A stretch of DNA of 64,000 nucleotides from Candidatus Bathyarchaeota archaeon (GCA_030608565.1 JAUWDY010000004.1:14103-78102), one strand, 5' to 3'; positions 9,427 to 19,407 are shown, numbered from the stretch's first letter. Translations and numbers: made by a program. The notes: generated by a model not told the origin, from the sequence alone.

Positions 9427-9535
9427 TTATCATCTATCCCCTCGTTGATTCCTCCAGTGAAACTCCTCTTAATAAAGACAGTCATCTTATTGAAAATTTA
9501 TCTATTTGGAATTGATCCAATGTACGTTAAGGACC

Positions 9536-9742
9536 TTACCCCTTGTACCTCCATTTCTCCGCCATTTTTTCTCTCTTGGTTTTCCGTTTATATTCCTTGT
9601 AGTGTACTTTGCACAGATACGCCCGTCTTCCTCTACCAACTTTTAATCCAGCGGCGCTCACCTTCTCAGTCGACAGAGAGCGAATCGCCTGTTTGTCACA
9701 TCCAACTACGCTGCAATTTACCCCTTTAGCAACTCGACCCAA
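9536..9742 (-). CDS. small basic zinc-finger protein (Cx4C...Cx2H), unknown function
   Basis: 68 aa: VNCSVVGCDKQA....YLCKVHYKEYKRKTKREK. Lies immediately downstream of the PfkB kinase gene on the same strand. Confidence 0.5.
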   Translation of the reverse strand: MGRVAKGVNCSVVGCDKQAIRSLSTEKVSAAGLKVGRGRRAYLCKVHYKEYKRKTKREKMAEKWRYKG

Positions 9743-9758
9743 CAGTGGTACCTCAATT

Positions 9759-10673
9759 CTATTCTAAACGCTCAAGTCCCTTTTCATAGATTCCCGCGGC
9801 TCTCTTATAGATTTCTTTCGTTTCCCCAAACACAGCTGGTCCCACGCTTTCAACGACAAAAGATGCGACAGCTGAGCCAACGCATGAGCACCACACAGGG
9901 TCTTTCTCTTGAATAAATTCAGCTAAGAAAGCTCCAATGTATGCGTCACCCGCTCCTGTAAAATCACGGATAACTCTTGGCTTGCATGCTAGAACCTCGT
10001 AGAACGTTCCTTCAAAAAGTAACGTTGAACCCTCCGTACCCTTGGTCACCAAAACTATTCTCGCGCCGTAGTTTTGAATTTTTTTCATAGCCAGCTTCAA
10101 ATCAGCCAATCCTGTCACCATCTTGATCTCGTTTAAGGATGATTTATACACGTCGATTAACTCAAGAACATGTGTATCCGTCCATCTCTTCAAGTGCACG
10201 TTTCCTTTTTGATCAAACTCTCGCACAAATCCCTGTGGATCCAGAGATAATGCGTCCGTCATTGTTCGTAGTTTGTCAATAACGTCATATGATAGTTCGT
10301 TTGTGATTGGTGCTACGTGAATGATTCTGGCTCGTAAAGAATTCGATACGTCCTTCAGAGAAATAGGTGGAGCTTGACTCTGTAACTGGAGCTGGCGCTC
10401 ATCGCCCTTGTATTTCAACATAAACCTTGTCGTGAAAGCGTCCTTAATCAGTGTTAACCCAGACAAATCCACACTGTTAGCGTTCAGCCACGTGAAGTAT
10501 TCTTTAGGAAAATCTTCTCCGACCTTGGATATGACCGAGACTCGTGCACCCAGTTTCTTTGCCGCCAACGAAACATAAGTTGGAGGTCCGCCAAAAGCAT
10601 GTTTAGAAGTAACTAATCTTGGTGAAGATATCAGATCGATTGCGAAGTGACCAACTGTAACCAGATCGAACAT
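9759..10673 (-). CDS. PfkB-family carbohydrate/nucleoside kinase
   Basis: 304 aa. N-terminal GG motif (FGGPPTYVS) and C-terminal DFTGAGDAYIGAFLA ATP-binding signature of ribokinase/PfkB kinases. Confidence 0.85.
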   Translation of the reverse strand: MFDLVTVGHFAIDLISSPRLVTSKHAFGGPPTYVSLAAKKLGARVSVISKVGEDFPKEYFTWLNANSVDLSGLTLIKDAFTTRFMLKYKGDERQLQLQSQAPPISLKDVSNSLRARIIHVAPITNELSYDVIDKLRTMTDALSLDPQGFVREFDQKGNVHLKRWTDTHVLELIDVYKSSLNEIKMVTGLADLKLAMKKIQNYGARIVLVTKGTEGSTLLFEGTFYEVLACKPRVIRDFTGAGDAYIGAFLAEFIQEKDPVWCSCVGSAVASFVVESVGPAVFGETKEIYKRAAGIYEKGLERLE

Positions 10674-10767
10674 GGCTTTTTTCCTTTATTAGTAAGGAAC
10701 TTAGGATATATGAATCGCGTGTAAAACTATAAATCACACAGTCAAAGATAATGGTTGAGGGTACAAT

Positions 10768-11067
10768 ATGCCTGTGAAGCGCAAGAGTAGAGGGCGATCC
10801 AAGGGTAGCAAGGGAAAAAGTGGCTTTGTTCAATGTAGCGGGTGTGGACAACTTGTGCCTCGTGACAAGGCTAAGAAACAGTCTCGCCGAATATCATTGG
10901 TTGACTCCGCACTATTTAGAGAGCTTCGACAGAAAGGCACGTACGTAGCTAGCCGGACCGCGACAAAATTTTACTGCGTTTCATGCGCAGTTCATCGTGG
11001 CGTAGTGAAGGTGCGTGCTCGAGGTGAACGAAAAAAACCTTTTAGAAAAAAACGGTTTAGAAGCTAA
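10768..11067 (+). CDS. rps26e: ribosomal protein eS26
   Basis: MPVKRKSRGRSKGSKGKSGFVQCSGCGQLVPRDKAKK...YCVSCAVHRGVVKVRARGERK matches the eS26 pattern (PKKRRNxGRxK..VxCxNCGRxVPKDKAIK...YCVSCAIH). Confidence 0.85.
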   Translation: MPVKRKSRGRSKGSKGKSGFVQCSGCGQLVPRDKAKKQSRRISLVDSALFRELRQKGTYVASRTATKFYCVSCAVHRGVVKVRARGERKKPFRKKRFRS

Positions 11068-11079
11068 CCCCCATAACAA

Positions 11080-11682
11080 CTATTTCTCTTTCTGTTGAGA
11101 AGCCTTGTAAAAATGAATTACACGCTGAAGTACGGTCAAGTTTGCAAGAACCGCTAGAACAATTACACCCCAACTTAAAGCTTCTAGCCAAACAATGCTG
11201 AGAAAACTCGCTATTACAAGTATGAGTAAGCGTTCTGCACGTTCGGCGACGCCTACAGCTTCCATTTCGACCCCTTTTGCTTCTGCCCTCGCTCGAACGT
11301 AACTCACCAGCAATGAACCCGTTAGCGCAGTAAGCCCCCAAAAAGGATGACACAACCCACCAAGAATAATGCCACATAAAACAAAAGCGTCAGCATATCT
11401 GTCAAGCAGAGAATCAAGGAAGCCGCCGAAGGTCGTGGTTTCTCCATAAATTCTTGCAAGAGCACCATCTAGCGCGTCACAGAAGCCTGAAATCAACAGA
11501 AGAATAGGAGCTACTATCGGAAGGATTTGATGTAACTGCCAGTTCCAGTATGCAAGCGTTGAAGATATTGCGAAGAGTATTCCAACTGCGCTCACATGAT
11601 TTGGGGTTAAGCCTAGGCTGTGAGCAATTTTTGCTTCTGAGGCTATCCAGAACTGAAATCGTTGCTTGAGTTTTGTCAGCAA
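11080..11682 (-). CDS. CDP-alcohol phosphatidyltransferase (archaetidylinositol-phosphate/archaetidylserine synthase-like)
   Basis: DGx2ARx8Gx3Dx3D motif: DALDGALARIYGETTTFGGFLDSLLDRYAD. Multi-TM, 200 aa. Confidence 0.85.
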   Translation of the reverse strand: MLTKLKQRFQFWIASEAKIAHSLGLTPNHVSAVGILFAISSTLAYWNWQLHQILPIVAPILLLISGFCDALDGALARIYGETTTFGGFLDSLLDRYADAFVLCGIILGGLCHPFWGLTALTGSLLVSYVRARAEAKGVEMEAVGVAERAERLLILVIASFLSIVWLEALSWGVIVLAVLANLTVLQRVIHFYKASQQKEK

Positions 11683-11958
11683 TTCATTTCCTCATATCAT
11701 AAGGGTTTATGGTCATAATATTTATTTAAAAGGCTCTAAGCAAGCGTAGACGCTTAAACTGCATGCATGCATGGAAGAAGACTGAAAAATCTCTATAACT
11801 TCCTAGCACTTCAAAGTAAACTTTATATAACTTCTCCACACCATCGTTGAATAAGTGATCATAATGGGTGACTATGTTCCACGAAGCTGATTTCTTTAGC
11901 ACCCATTTTATATTGCTATTTGATTTTTCCAATAACGTGTACTTGAGGAGAAGTTAAG

Positions 11959-13401
11959 ATGTCAGAGTCTGGAATTACCGTTAAAAAATCTGAACGATTT
12001 TCTGAGTGGTATACCCAAGCTGTGCTAAGGTCAGAATTGGCTGATTACGCTCCCATCAAAGGTTGCATCATCTTTAGAGAAGATTCATATGCCATGTGGG
12101 AAAAAATTCAAGATTATTTCAACAAAAAAATAGGAGAAACAGGGCATAGAAACGTGTATTTTCCACTTTTTGTACCTGAAAGTCTGTTGAAAAAGGAAGC
12201 CGAACATTTTGAGGGATTTGTCCCAGAGTGCGCATGGGTCACAGTTGGCGGAGATACTGAATTAGAAGAAAGACTTGCCATAAGACCCACGTCAGAAACA
12301 ATAGTGTACATAATGTATAGGAAATGGATAAAAAGCTGGAGAGATCTCCCCCTCAAATTGAATCAATGGTGCAACATCGTAAGATGGGAAACCAAAGCGA
12401 CAAAGCCATTCTTAAGAACAAGAGAGTTTCTTTGGCAAGAAGGGCACACGGCACACGCGACAAAAGAAGAAGCAGACAAAGAAGTCATGGATATTCTAGA
12501 AATCTATAAGAACTTGGCAGAAAATCAGCTAGCTATTCCAACGTTGATTGGGAAAAAAACCGAGAGTGAAAAGTTCGCAGGGGCTCTTTATACAACAACC
12601 TTTGAGGCTATAATGCCCGATGGAAAAGCCCTCCAAATGGGAACGTCGCACAACCTTGGACAGAACTTCTCTAAAGCATTTGAAATCAAATTCATTGGAG
12701 AGGATGAAAAGAACCATTACGTTTGGCAAACATCTTGGGGTATAACTACGCGTCTGATCGGCGCGTTAGTGATGGTTCATGGCGACGACAGAGGATTGGT
12801 GCTTCCTCCTGAAATAGCTCCATATCAAGTTGTAATCATTCCGATATTTTACAAAGAAATTGAAAGAAATTTGATCTTAAACAAAGCTAAAGAAGTTTTC
12901 AAAAAGTTAAAGGAAAACGGAATATCAACCGTTCTTGATGACAGAGCAGAATACACGCCTGGATGGAAATTTAACCAATGGGAATTAAAAGGCGTGCCGA
13001 TAAGAATCGAAATCGGGCCAAGAGATATAGAGAAGAAACAAGTAGTCGCTGCTAGAAGAGACACTTTTGAAAGAATCGCTGTGAAAGAAGAAGAGTTAAT
13101 CAACACTATGAATGGGGTGCTGAAAGAAATTCAAGACAACCTTTTCAATCGGGCGAAGAAATTCCTTGATGAACACATTACCTCGGTAAAGACTTATGAT
13201 GAATTTAAGAAAGTTCTAAGAAGGAAGGGTGGATTCATCAGAGCTTGCTGGTGTTCAAATCAAACATGCGAAGAAAAGATAAAGGAAGAAACTGGTGCAA
13301 CCATTAGATTGATTCCATTTGAAAAGGAAGAAATATTCTCAACTTGTGTTTACTGTGGCGGTGAAACAAAAGAAGTGGTCTACTTCGCTAGAGCGTATTA
13401 G
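11959..13401 (+). CDS. proS: prolyl-tRNA synthetase (archaeal/eukaryotic type with C-terminal zinc domain)
   Basis: 480 aa. FSEWYTQAVLRSELADY start, class II motifs (RPTSET, FLRTREFLWQEGHT, GTSHNLGQNFSK) and C-terminal CxxC..CxxC. Confidence 0.95.
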   Translation: MSESGITVKKSERFSEWYTQAVLRSELADYAPIKGCIIFREDSYAMWEKIQDYFNKKIGETGHRNVYFPLFVPESLLKKEAEHFEGFVPECAWVTVGGDTELEERLAIRPTSETIVYIMYRKWIKSWRDLPLKLNQWCNIVRWETKATKPFLRTREFLWQEGHTAHATKEEADKEVMDILEIYKNLAENQLAIPTLIGKKTESEKFAGALYTTTFEAIMPDGKALQMGTSHNLGQNFSKAFEIKFIGEDEKNHYVWQTSWGITTRLIGALVMVHGDDRGLVLPPEIAPYQVVIIPIFYKEIERNLILNKAKEVFKKLKENGISTVLDDRAEYTPGWKFNQWELKGVPIRIEIGPRDIEKKQVVAARRDTFERIAVKEEELINTMNGVLKEIQDNLFNRAKKFLDEHITSVKTYDEFKKVLRRKGGFIRACWCSNQTCEEKIKEETGATIRLIPFEKEEIFSTCVYCGGETKEVVYFARAY

Positions 13402-13464
13402 ACTAGAAGCAAATTAAGTCAATATTCGATTTTGAGTAAAGAAAATGTATTAGTTGGGACTAGC

Positions 13465-13649
13465 TTGACTAAAGATACAATTCGAATGAAAGTTTGGCGC
13501 ATTATGGAAGAAAAAGGAATTACTAGCTTCCCTCGACCTGCATGCATGATGTGCAAGTTGTCGAAATTTTTCCTCAAAATGAATGGGATGTCCCAGTGGA
13601 TGTTATAGTCTCTCCAACAAGGGGCATTCGAAAATCTAGAAAAACATAA
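13465..13649 (+). pseudogene. 5-formyltetrahydrofolate cyclo-ligase family gene remnant (internal deletion plus frameshift)
   Basis: Frame 1 from TTG 13465 gives (M)TKDTIRMKVWRIMEEKGITSFPRPA, the family N-terminus with FPRP. A +2 frame from 13542 gives MHDVQVVEIFPQNEWDVPVDVIVSPTRGIRKSRKT, the family C-terminus (HD.Q.V...HDVP.D.IVTP). About 130 central residues are missing. The junction is ctgcatgcatgatg (13538-13551). Confidence 0.65.
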
Positions 13650-13759
13650 ATCACGTGATTCTGGAGGTTGGTCCTGCGCAACTAGTTGTCAGAAAAGAAA
13701 TAAATTCTGTGCATACATACCTTTTTATTCTTTCTCTTAGAAAAACCTCGAATGCCTAG

Positions 13760-14770
13760 ATGGGTGACATAACAATGAAATCAAGTAAACTAATCAGCAA
13801 AACACTTGCAGGCTTCCTGAAATTCAGAGTAGGCAGACCCCGCCCCCTCTTCGCCACCTATGACGTAACTAGCCGATGTAATATGAAATGTGCATATTGT
13901 GGCTGGTGGAAAACGAACACGCCTGAACTGCCGACTAGAGAAGCTTTGATCGTTATAGATGAGGCTTGCCGACTAGGCGTTTCATTCTTTAACTTCTGTG
14001 GAGGGGAACCAATGATGCGCAAAGACTTGGTGACACTTGCTAAAAGAGCCGCGTCCTACGGTTGCATCGTGGGAATGAATACTAACGGCACACTCCTAAG
14101 AAACAACAGGATCTCTGAGATTGCAGACGCCTTTGACATTGTCGTCGTATCGCTGGATGGTCCCAGAGAGGTTCATGATAAAGGTAGAGGAGTGCAGGGA
14201 AGCTTCGACGGCGCTGTGGAGGGTATAAGATTATTGAGGGCTGGCGGAGTGAGAGTTGGAGTGAGCATAGTCATGTCCCCTTGGAACGTCAAAACACTAC
14301 CCGAGTTTGTTGAATGGCTTCGCAACCGAGTCGCCTTCGTCACAATTCAACCTATACACCCCTATCCACCTCCTCCTCAAAACAGACCTTCTCCTAAAGA
14401 AGCCTTGAAAGCCATAGACTTTTTGTTAAGGCTCAAACGAGAAAACCCTAAGTTCTTATCGGTTCCTACCGACTTTGTCAAAGGTTTCAAGCCTTTTTTC
14501 GATGGAAAGGCACCAAAGATATGCCATGCTGGAGAACTCTACATAGCCATCGACCCGATGGGTAGGCTGAAGGCTTGCGCTGCGCGAACAGATGTAGTGC
14601 TTGGTAATATCCTCAAACGTTCAGCTAGTGAGCTGTTAAAGAAAAGAACGGAAAATCCAAATTGGTCTAAAGTTTCTCGCTGTAAAGGATGCTGGCTCGA
14701 TTGCACTGTGGGAGTCTCGATGTCAATGATGAAGCCGCTCAAAGAAGCCATCCATTTAATTGGTCTTTAA
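13760..14770 (+). CDS. radical SAM protein (possibly with SPASM-like C-terminal Cys cluster)
   Basis: CNMKCAYCGWW (Cx3Cx2C) about 40 aa from the start, then GGEPMM. C-terminal cysteines C..C...CKGCWLDC. The start may be M at 13775. Confidence 0.85.
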   Translation: MGDITMKSSKLISKTLAGFLKFRVGRPRPLFATYDVTSRCNMKCAYCGWWKTNTPELPTREALIVIDEACRLGVSFFNFCGGEPMMRKDLVTLAKRAASYGCIVGMNTNGTLLRNNRISEIADAFDIVVVSLDGPREVHDKGRGVQGSFDGAVEGIRLLRAGGVRVGVSIVMSPWNVKTLPEFVEWLRNRVAFVTIQPIHPYPPPPQNRPSPKEALKAIDFLLRLKRENPKFLSVPTDFVKGFKPFFDGKAPKICHAGELYIAIDPMGRLKACAARTDVVLGNILKRSASELLKKRTENPNWSKVSRCKGCWLDCTVGVSMSMMKPLKEAIHLIGL

Positions 14771-14875
14771 AATCTTCCCAGCTACCGATTCGACTTGAAA
14801 AAAGCATGTATGAAAAGCACTTTCTTAATCCAGAACGCAAATGAAAAAAGGATAGACCATATATAATCCGTTTAC

Positions 14876-15499
14876 ATGGCAGGCCAATTTTGGGACTGGA
14901 TGTACTCTTTTGCGCTGCAATACGGCTACTTTGGAGTTTTTCTAATAAGCGCTGTCAGCACAGCGTCTATAGTAGTTCCAATACCCTACACGCTTCTCAT
15001 TTACACGTTAGGCGCGCTCCTAGATCCTTTCCTTCTCGCGGTTGCGGGCGGTTTAGGATCAGCCGTTGGCGAGTTTTCAGGCTATTTGTTTGGATATTAC
15101 GGGCGGAAGGTGATAGGTAAAGAACAACGAAGGAAAATGGAGTTTATGGTGAGGGTTTTTGATCGTTATGGGCCGATTGTGATTTTCCTCTTCGCTTTGA
15201 CCCCACTGCCCGATGACCTTCTCTTCATTCCATTGGGAATGACGCGGTATAGATTTGTAAAAGCCTTCATTCCATGCATCATTGGGAAGACACTTATGTG
15301 TTTCATTTTAGCGTATAGTGGTCGAATGTCCATTGAATTCATTCGTGCCACCTTCGGTGACGGGGGATGGTTGGTAACTGTAGTCACAGCCATATTGTTG
15401 ATAGCCATCATAGTAGCAATGCTCAAGATTGACTGGGAAAAGATTTTCGAAAAATATGTAGACGTAGGAGCGAAAGAAACTGTTGAGGGTAATCGCTGA
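14876..15499 (+). CDS. DedA/VTT (SNARE-associated) family membrane protein
   Basis: 207 aa, multi-TM. The G.F.GY..GYYGRK and PDDLLFIPLGMTRYRF patterns resemble the VTT domain. Confidence 0.7.
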   Translation: MAGQFWDWMYSFALQYGYFGVFLISAVSTASIVVPIPYTLLIYTLGALLDPFLLAVAGGLGSAVGEFSGYLFGYYGRKVIGKEQRRKMEFMVRVFDRYGPIVIFLFALTPLPDDLLFIPLGMTRYRFVKAFIPCIIGKTLMCFILAYSGRMSIEFIRATFGDGGWLVTVVTAILLIAIIVAMLKIDWEKIFEKYVDVGAKETVEGNR

Positions 15500-16766
15500 T
15501 CTCCACATTCACAGCAAGTATAGCCGCGCCACGAGCAAGAGAATGAACATAGATGAGATTGCTCGTTTTGCCCGAATTAAAGGCTTGAATCTCGTGGGCA
15601 CAGGAGACTTTACGCATCCAAAATGGTGCAAAGAACTGAGTGAAGAACTAACCAAAGTTTCGGAGACAAATCTTTACAGATTGGCTAAAGCTCCGGACTC
15701 TCCAGTGCATTTCATGATAACAGTTGAAGTGTCTACGATCTTCACATTCGAGAGTGCGGTAAAAAAGGTTCACCACGTGATCTTAACGCCTAGCTTGGAA
15801 ACAGCGGTTCAGATTAGTGAACGATTGGCACGGTATGGCGACCTCAGCATAGATGGCAGACCCACTTTAGATATGAGTGCACCGCAACTCGTAGAGGAGG
15901 TGATGGAAGTTTCGGATAAGAATGTAGTTATACCAGCTCACGTTTGGACGCCTTGGTTCAGCCTCTTCGGTGCGTTCAGCGGATTCGATCGGATAGAAGA
16001 CTGCTATCAAGATATGACGAAATACATCCCCGCCCTAGAAACGGGGCTTTCCTCAGATCCACCTATGAACTGGCGGCTAAGTGCACTTGACAAGTTCGCT
16101 TTGGTTTCAAACAGCGACTGTCACAGCAGTTGGCCATGGAGAATTGGAAGAGAGGCCAACGTATTCGAGTTTGAACGGTTGACGTATGACGAAGTAATTG
16201 ACTCAATTCGTAAGAAGGATACAAGGCGTTTTAAATTTACCATCGAAACCGACCCGGCGTATGGTAAGTACCATTGGACAGGTCATCGAAACTGCAACGT
16301 TTCTCTCTCTCCTCAGGAGGCTATAAAGTTTGGAAACCGTTGTCCAGTTTGTCGCAGAAAACTTACGAAAGGCGTGGAGCAACGCGTGGAGGAGCTGGCG
16401 GATCGACCTGCAGGCTTTACGTCTAAAGGAACCATAGGATATTTGCATCTATTACCTCTCTCCGAAATTATTTCAACCGTCTTAGGAACCAGTTACCCTG
16501 GAACCCAAAAAGTATGGAGCGTCTACAATGCGCTTATCTCGAGGTTTGACGATGAATACACCGTACTCATAGATGCACCTATGCAAGAAATGTCTAAAAT
16601 CATTGATCCAAGGATTTCGGAAGCCATTGTTCGAGTTAGAGAAGGCAAGGCAAGGGTTATGCCTGGCTATGATGGTGTGTACGGTCGGCTTATTTTATTT
16701 GAAGCGAGCAGAGAAGAAAAGCCGCTGGAAAAGGTTAATCAGCGGAACATAACAGACTTCATGTAA
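15483..16766 (+). CDS. endoQ: endonuclease Q (PHP-domain deaminated-base endonuclease)
   Basis: MRVIADLHIHSKYSRATSK...GLNLVGTGDFTHP...VHHVIL...PAHVWTPW...LSSD...SNSDCHS...GKYHWTGHRNC...CPVCRRKLTKGVEQRVEELAD...PGYDGVYG parallels the Pyrococcus EndoQ sequence as I recall it (DLHIHSHYSKA, GTGD, SNSDAHS, GKYH, zinc finger, GVRDRILELAD). Confidence 0.85.
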   Translation: MRVIADLHIHSKYSRATSKRMNIDEIARFARIKGLNLVGTGDFTHPKWCKELSEELTKVSETNLYRLAKAPDSPVHFMITVEVSTIFTFESAVKKVHHVILTPSLETAVQISERLARYGDLSIDGRPTLDMSAPQLVEEVMEVSDKNVVIPAHVWTPWFSLFGAFSGFDRIEDCYQDMTKYIPALETGLSSDPPMNWRLSALDKFALVSNSDCHSSWPWRIGREANVFEFERLTYDEVIDSIRKKDTRRFKFTIETDPAYGKYHWTGHRNCNVSLSPQEAIKFGNRCPVCRRKLTKGVEQRVEELADRPAGFTSKGTIGYLHLLPLSEIISTVLGTSYPGTQKVWSVYNALISRFDDEYTVLIDAPMQEMSKIIDPRISEAIVRVREGKARVMPGYDGVYGRLILFEASREEKPLEKVNQRNITDFM

Positions 16767-16778
16767 ATGTAGCCCGCA

Positions 16779-17264
16779 CTAGTGTAGATACTTAAGAACA
16801 ATCTCCCAAACGAAATAACAAGCAAGTACCAAAGTAATCACGGCATTCGAGAATACTACTATTTCCTCTCTTTTTCTGACATTTACGCCAGCAAACGCAA
16901 TTAGAAAGATTCCTGTTGCCCAGATTAAGAGCCCTATATAAAACTGTGGTTGAGAAAGAATTAGCCCAGTTGATTCCCATATCATTGCTGAGCCATAAAA
17001 GAAGAATCCCAGTATGGCAGAGAATAACCCTGTGCCTTCAAGCAATAGAAAAAGCCCAGCATTTAGTGAACTAAAATGCCCCGCGATGGCGATAGAAAGT
17101 AGAACAACTCCTAATGCAGACACCATCATCGCAGTGGCGTTGGTTTGAATAGTTTGTTGAATTACCGCTTTTTCTCCTGTTTCTGCTCCATTCATAAAAA
17201 GCAAGGAAATCATGATTACTACTGGACCGAGGAATAAAGCACCATCAGTTACCTTTAATTGCAT
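16779..17264 (-). CDS. hypothetical multi-pass membrane protein
   Basis: Taken from internal Met MQLKVTDGALFLGPVV (161 aa, 5-6 TM helices). The 81-aa upstream extension in the ORF track is non-membrane, low quality and contains a (CATG)n tract. Confidence 0.5.
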   Translation of the reverse strand: MQLKVTDGALFLGPVVIMISLLFMNGAETGEKAVIQQTIQTNATAMMVSALGVVLLSIAIAGHFSSLNAGLFLLLEGTGLFSAILGFFFYGSAMIWESTGLILSQPQFYIGLLIWATGIFLIAFAGVNVRKREEIVVFSNAVITLVLACYFVWEIVLKYLH

Positions 17265-17506
17265 ACTATTCAACCATGTATAGCTCTGTTTTGCTATTGT
17301 GTAATTAAATTTATGAACTAAAAATTCATATAGAAAAATGAATCTCACGCATGCATTCTTGAATTCAAGGCTTATACTTCTTAGGATGCCACAGCGCGTT
17401 TTGTCTCTTTTAGTAAGAGCTTGATGAAAACTTTTTATGGCACTTAGGCTCACGTTCTTAAAGCCGCATACGATGATAGACAGAATCAGAGGAGCAACAA
17501 AAAGCA

Positions 17507-18430
17507 TTGACTGAAATAAAGAAGACGGCGTCTCACGTTAAGACAACTATCTTCAGAATAGACACCGCGAGGAAAATCACCCAAGTTTGTTGCTTTCTGC
17601 TGCTCAACGCGATTGTATTCGGCCTGGGGCCCTGGCCCGTACTCCTTCCGATAGTCCAAAGTCCAGGAGTCCCTCAAAAAACGGTGAGCGACGCCTTTTC
17701 AGCTCTACAAGTAATGCTTTATCAGCGCATTTTTCCTTGGCTCCCCATAGCCTCATTCCTTTTAACTGCCGTCATTTTGGGTAGAGCCCTCTGCGGTTGG
17801 GTGTGCCCTTTTGGGTTCATCCAAGACTTGTTAGGGTATGTTAAGAAGAGACATACACGAGTTTCCTTAAGAACCCATGGAGGGATGCTTAAAGTCAAAT
17901 ATGGGGTTCTAGCGGCTGTCTTGTTTATCAGCGTGACATTATCTATATCTCTGGCTTTGGGTGTGGGCAAAAGTTATGAAAGTGCTATAGGCGTGTTCGC
18001 TCCGGCTCCGTTCAATGCGTTAAGCCCTGCTGACACGCTTTTTGCTATTCTGCCTCGAATGGTTTTAATGGTTGTTTACGTCCCTGAAGTATTGATTGTT
18101 GGGATTCTCTCTGACCCACTTTTCTGGGTTCGACTTACCATAATGATAGCCATAATAGTTTTGGCTGTTTATGTTCCGAGAAGTTGGTGTCGATACTTTT
18201 GTCCCATTGGGGCATTATTGGCGGTGCTAAATAGATTCACCTTTCTCGGCTTGAAGAGAGATCCGTTGAGGTGTACTAGAGCTGGTTGTCGCATGTGTGT
18301 GGATGCATGCCCGATGATGGTTCGCATCCTTGAATTGCCTTGGGAGAAATTCACTGATTCTGAATGTATATATTGCCTGAAATGCGTTGACGCATGTCCA
18401 ACAAGAGCCATAAAGCTGAAATTCCCATAG
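17507..18430 (+). CDS. membrane-bound 4Fe-4S binding protein (NapH/MauN/NosR-like)
   Basis: Two CxxCP membrane-edge motifs (GWVCPFGFIQD, RYFCPIGALL) and two ferredoxin-type clusters (CTRAGCRMCVDACP, CIYCLKCVDACP). Confidence 0.75.
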   Translation: MTEIKKTASHVKTTIFRIDTARKITQVCCFLLLNAIVFGLGPWPVLLPIVQSPGVPQKTVSDAFSALQVMLYQRIFPWLPIASFLLTAVILGRALCGWVCPFGFIQDLLGYVKKRHTRVSLRTHGGMLKVKYGVLAAVLFISVTLSISLALGVGKSYESAIGVFAPAPFNALSPADTLFAILPRMVLMVVYVPEVLIVGILSDPLFWVRLTIMIAIIVLAVYVPRSWCRYFCPIGALLAVLNRFTFLGLKRDPLRCTRAGCRMCVDACPMMVRILELPWEKFTDSECIYCLKCVDACPTRAIKLKFP

Positions 18431-18882
18431 AAGCGTTAGGGATTGCGCGAAGTGAAGGCTACTACTTGCACTCCAATGGTGGTTGTCTGAAACATTATGG
18501 TCATTGGAATGGTGTTCCGGTAGACAGGATTTTATTGAACGGAAAGTGTGTGAATGTGGGGGGATTGTTGGGCGTTTCTCGGGGTCTATCAGATTACTCG
18601 ACCATACTGGCCTTTCATCGAGTAGCCTTCATCGAGCAAGAACAAGGTAATTATCGCCTGCTGATTCGGCACCTCTCCTGAAAGACTTCCTAACGTCCAT
18701 TCTAAGTTCTATAATCTTTCCATAGAAGAATAATGAAAGAATATTCTATGGAGGATTGTTGCATTAGATATTAATAGAGATTTTTTCTAACCTTTCAAGT
18801 GGTGTGGGTATAGCTCAGCATAGATCGCCGTTACTAGGAACTTCCTCTCACTCTATCGTCCACACCCGCACCAAGAAGCTGA

Positions 18883-19224
18883 CTACACTACTCTTCTGCG
18901 GAAAGTTTCTAATACGAGGTGCCACATGTCAAAACTTCTTAGAAAGCTGGCTCCCTTCTGAGTTAGTTTGTATCTAGCTACTTCCTGACTTCTTAGGGGA
19001 TCTGTAGCCTTCACGACATCGCAAAGTAACAAATGATTTAAGTACTGATTTGCTTGGCCAAAATTTAGATTTGCAGCTCGCATTATACCTGTTTTTGTCT
19101 TCCCTTTCGGGTCACGGTGAATCGTGTCCAAAATTTCTGCTACTATGGTTGCTCTATCTCTATACTTGAACTTGGATGGAAAGATTCTTCCAAACCCTAT
19201 ACTAAACAAATTCAGATGCATCAT
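18883..19224 (-). CDS. winged-helix DNA-binding protein (COG3432-like predicted regulator)
   Basis: RDRATIVAEILDTIHRDPKGKTKTGIMRAANLNFGQANQYLNHLL is a typical archaeal wHTH. 113 aa. Confidence 0.6.
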   Translation of the reverse strand: MMHLNLFSIGFGRIFPSKFKYRDRATIVAEILDTIHRDPKGKTKTGIMRAANLNFGQANQYLNHLLLCDVVKATDPLRSQEVARYKLTQKGASFLRSFDMWHLVLETFRRRVV

Positions 19225-19407
19225 CTTTCTCCTCCAATATTATAATATACTGTTCTAGAAAATAAATCTTTTTGGCACAATGATTGTTGTCATTGAGCAA
19301 CTTGGAATTTGGCTAAACATTTCTTTTTGATTTTGAGTGCAATTAGAAGTATGTTTTGAAGTTGCTGAAAGAGAACTAAGATGGACCCTGTTAGGTTTCC
19401 ACGTGTA

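Noticed and set aside
17265-17507. 81-aa N-terminal extension of the membrane protein ORF 16779-17507
   Set aside because: The extension is not hydrophobic, contains a (CATG)n tract and would overlap the divergent promoter. The internal Met at 17264 gives a coherent all-TM protein.
18801-18873. tRNA-like sequence (gggtatagctcag ... ccacacccgcacca)
   Set aside because: No T-arm (no GTTCRANYC), no consistent D-stem or anticodon arm can be drawn. Only a 7-bp terminal stem exists, so it is not a tRNA or an obvious split-tRNA half.
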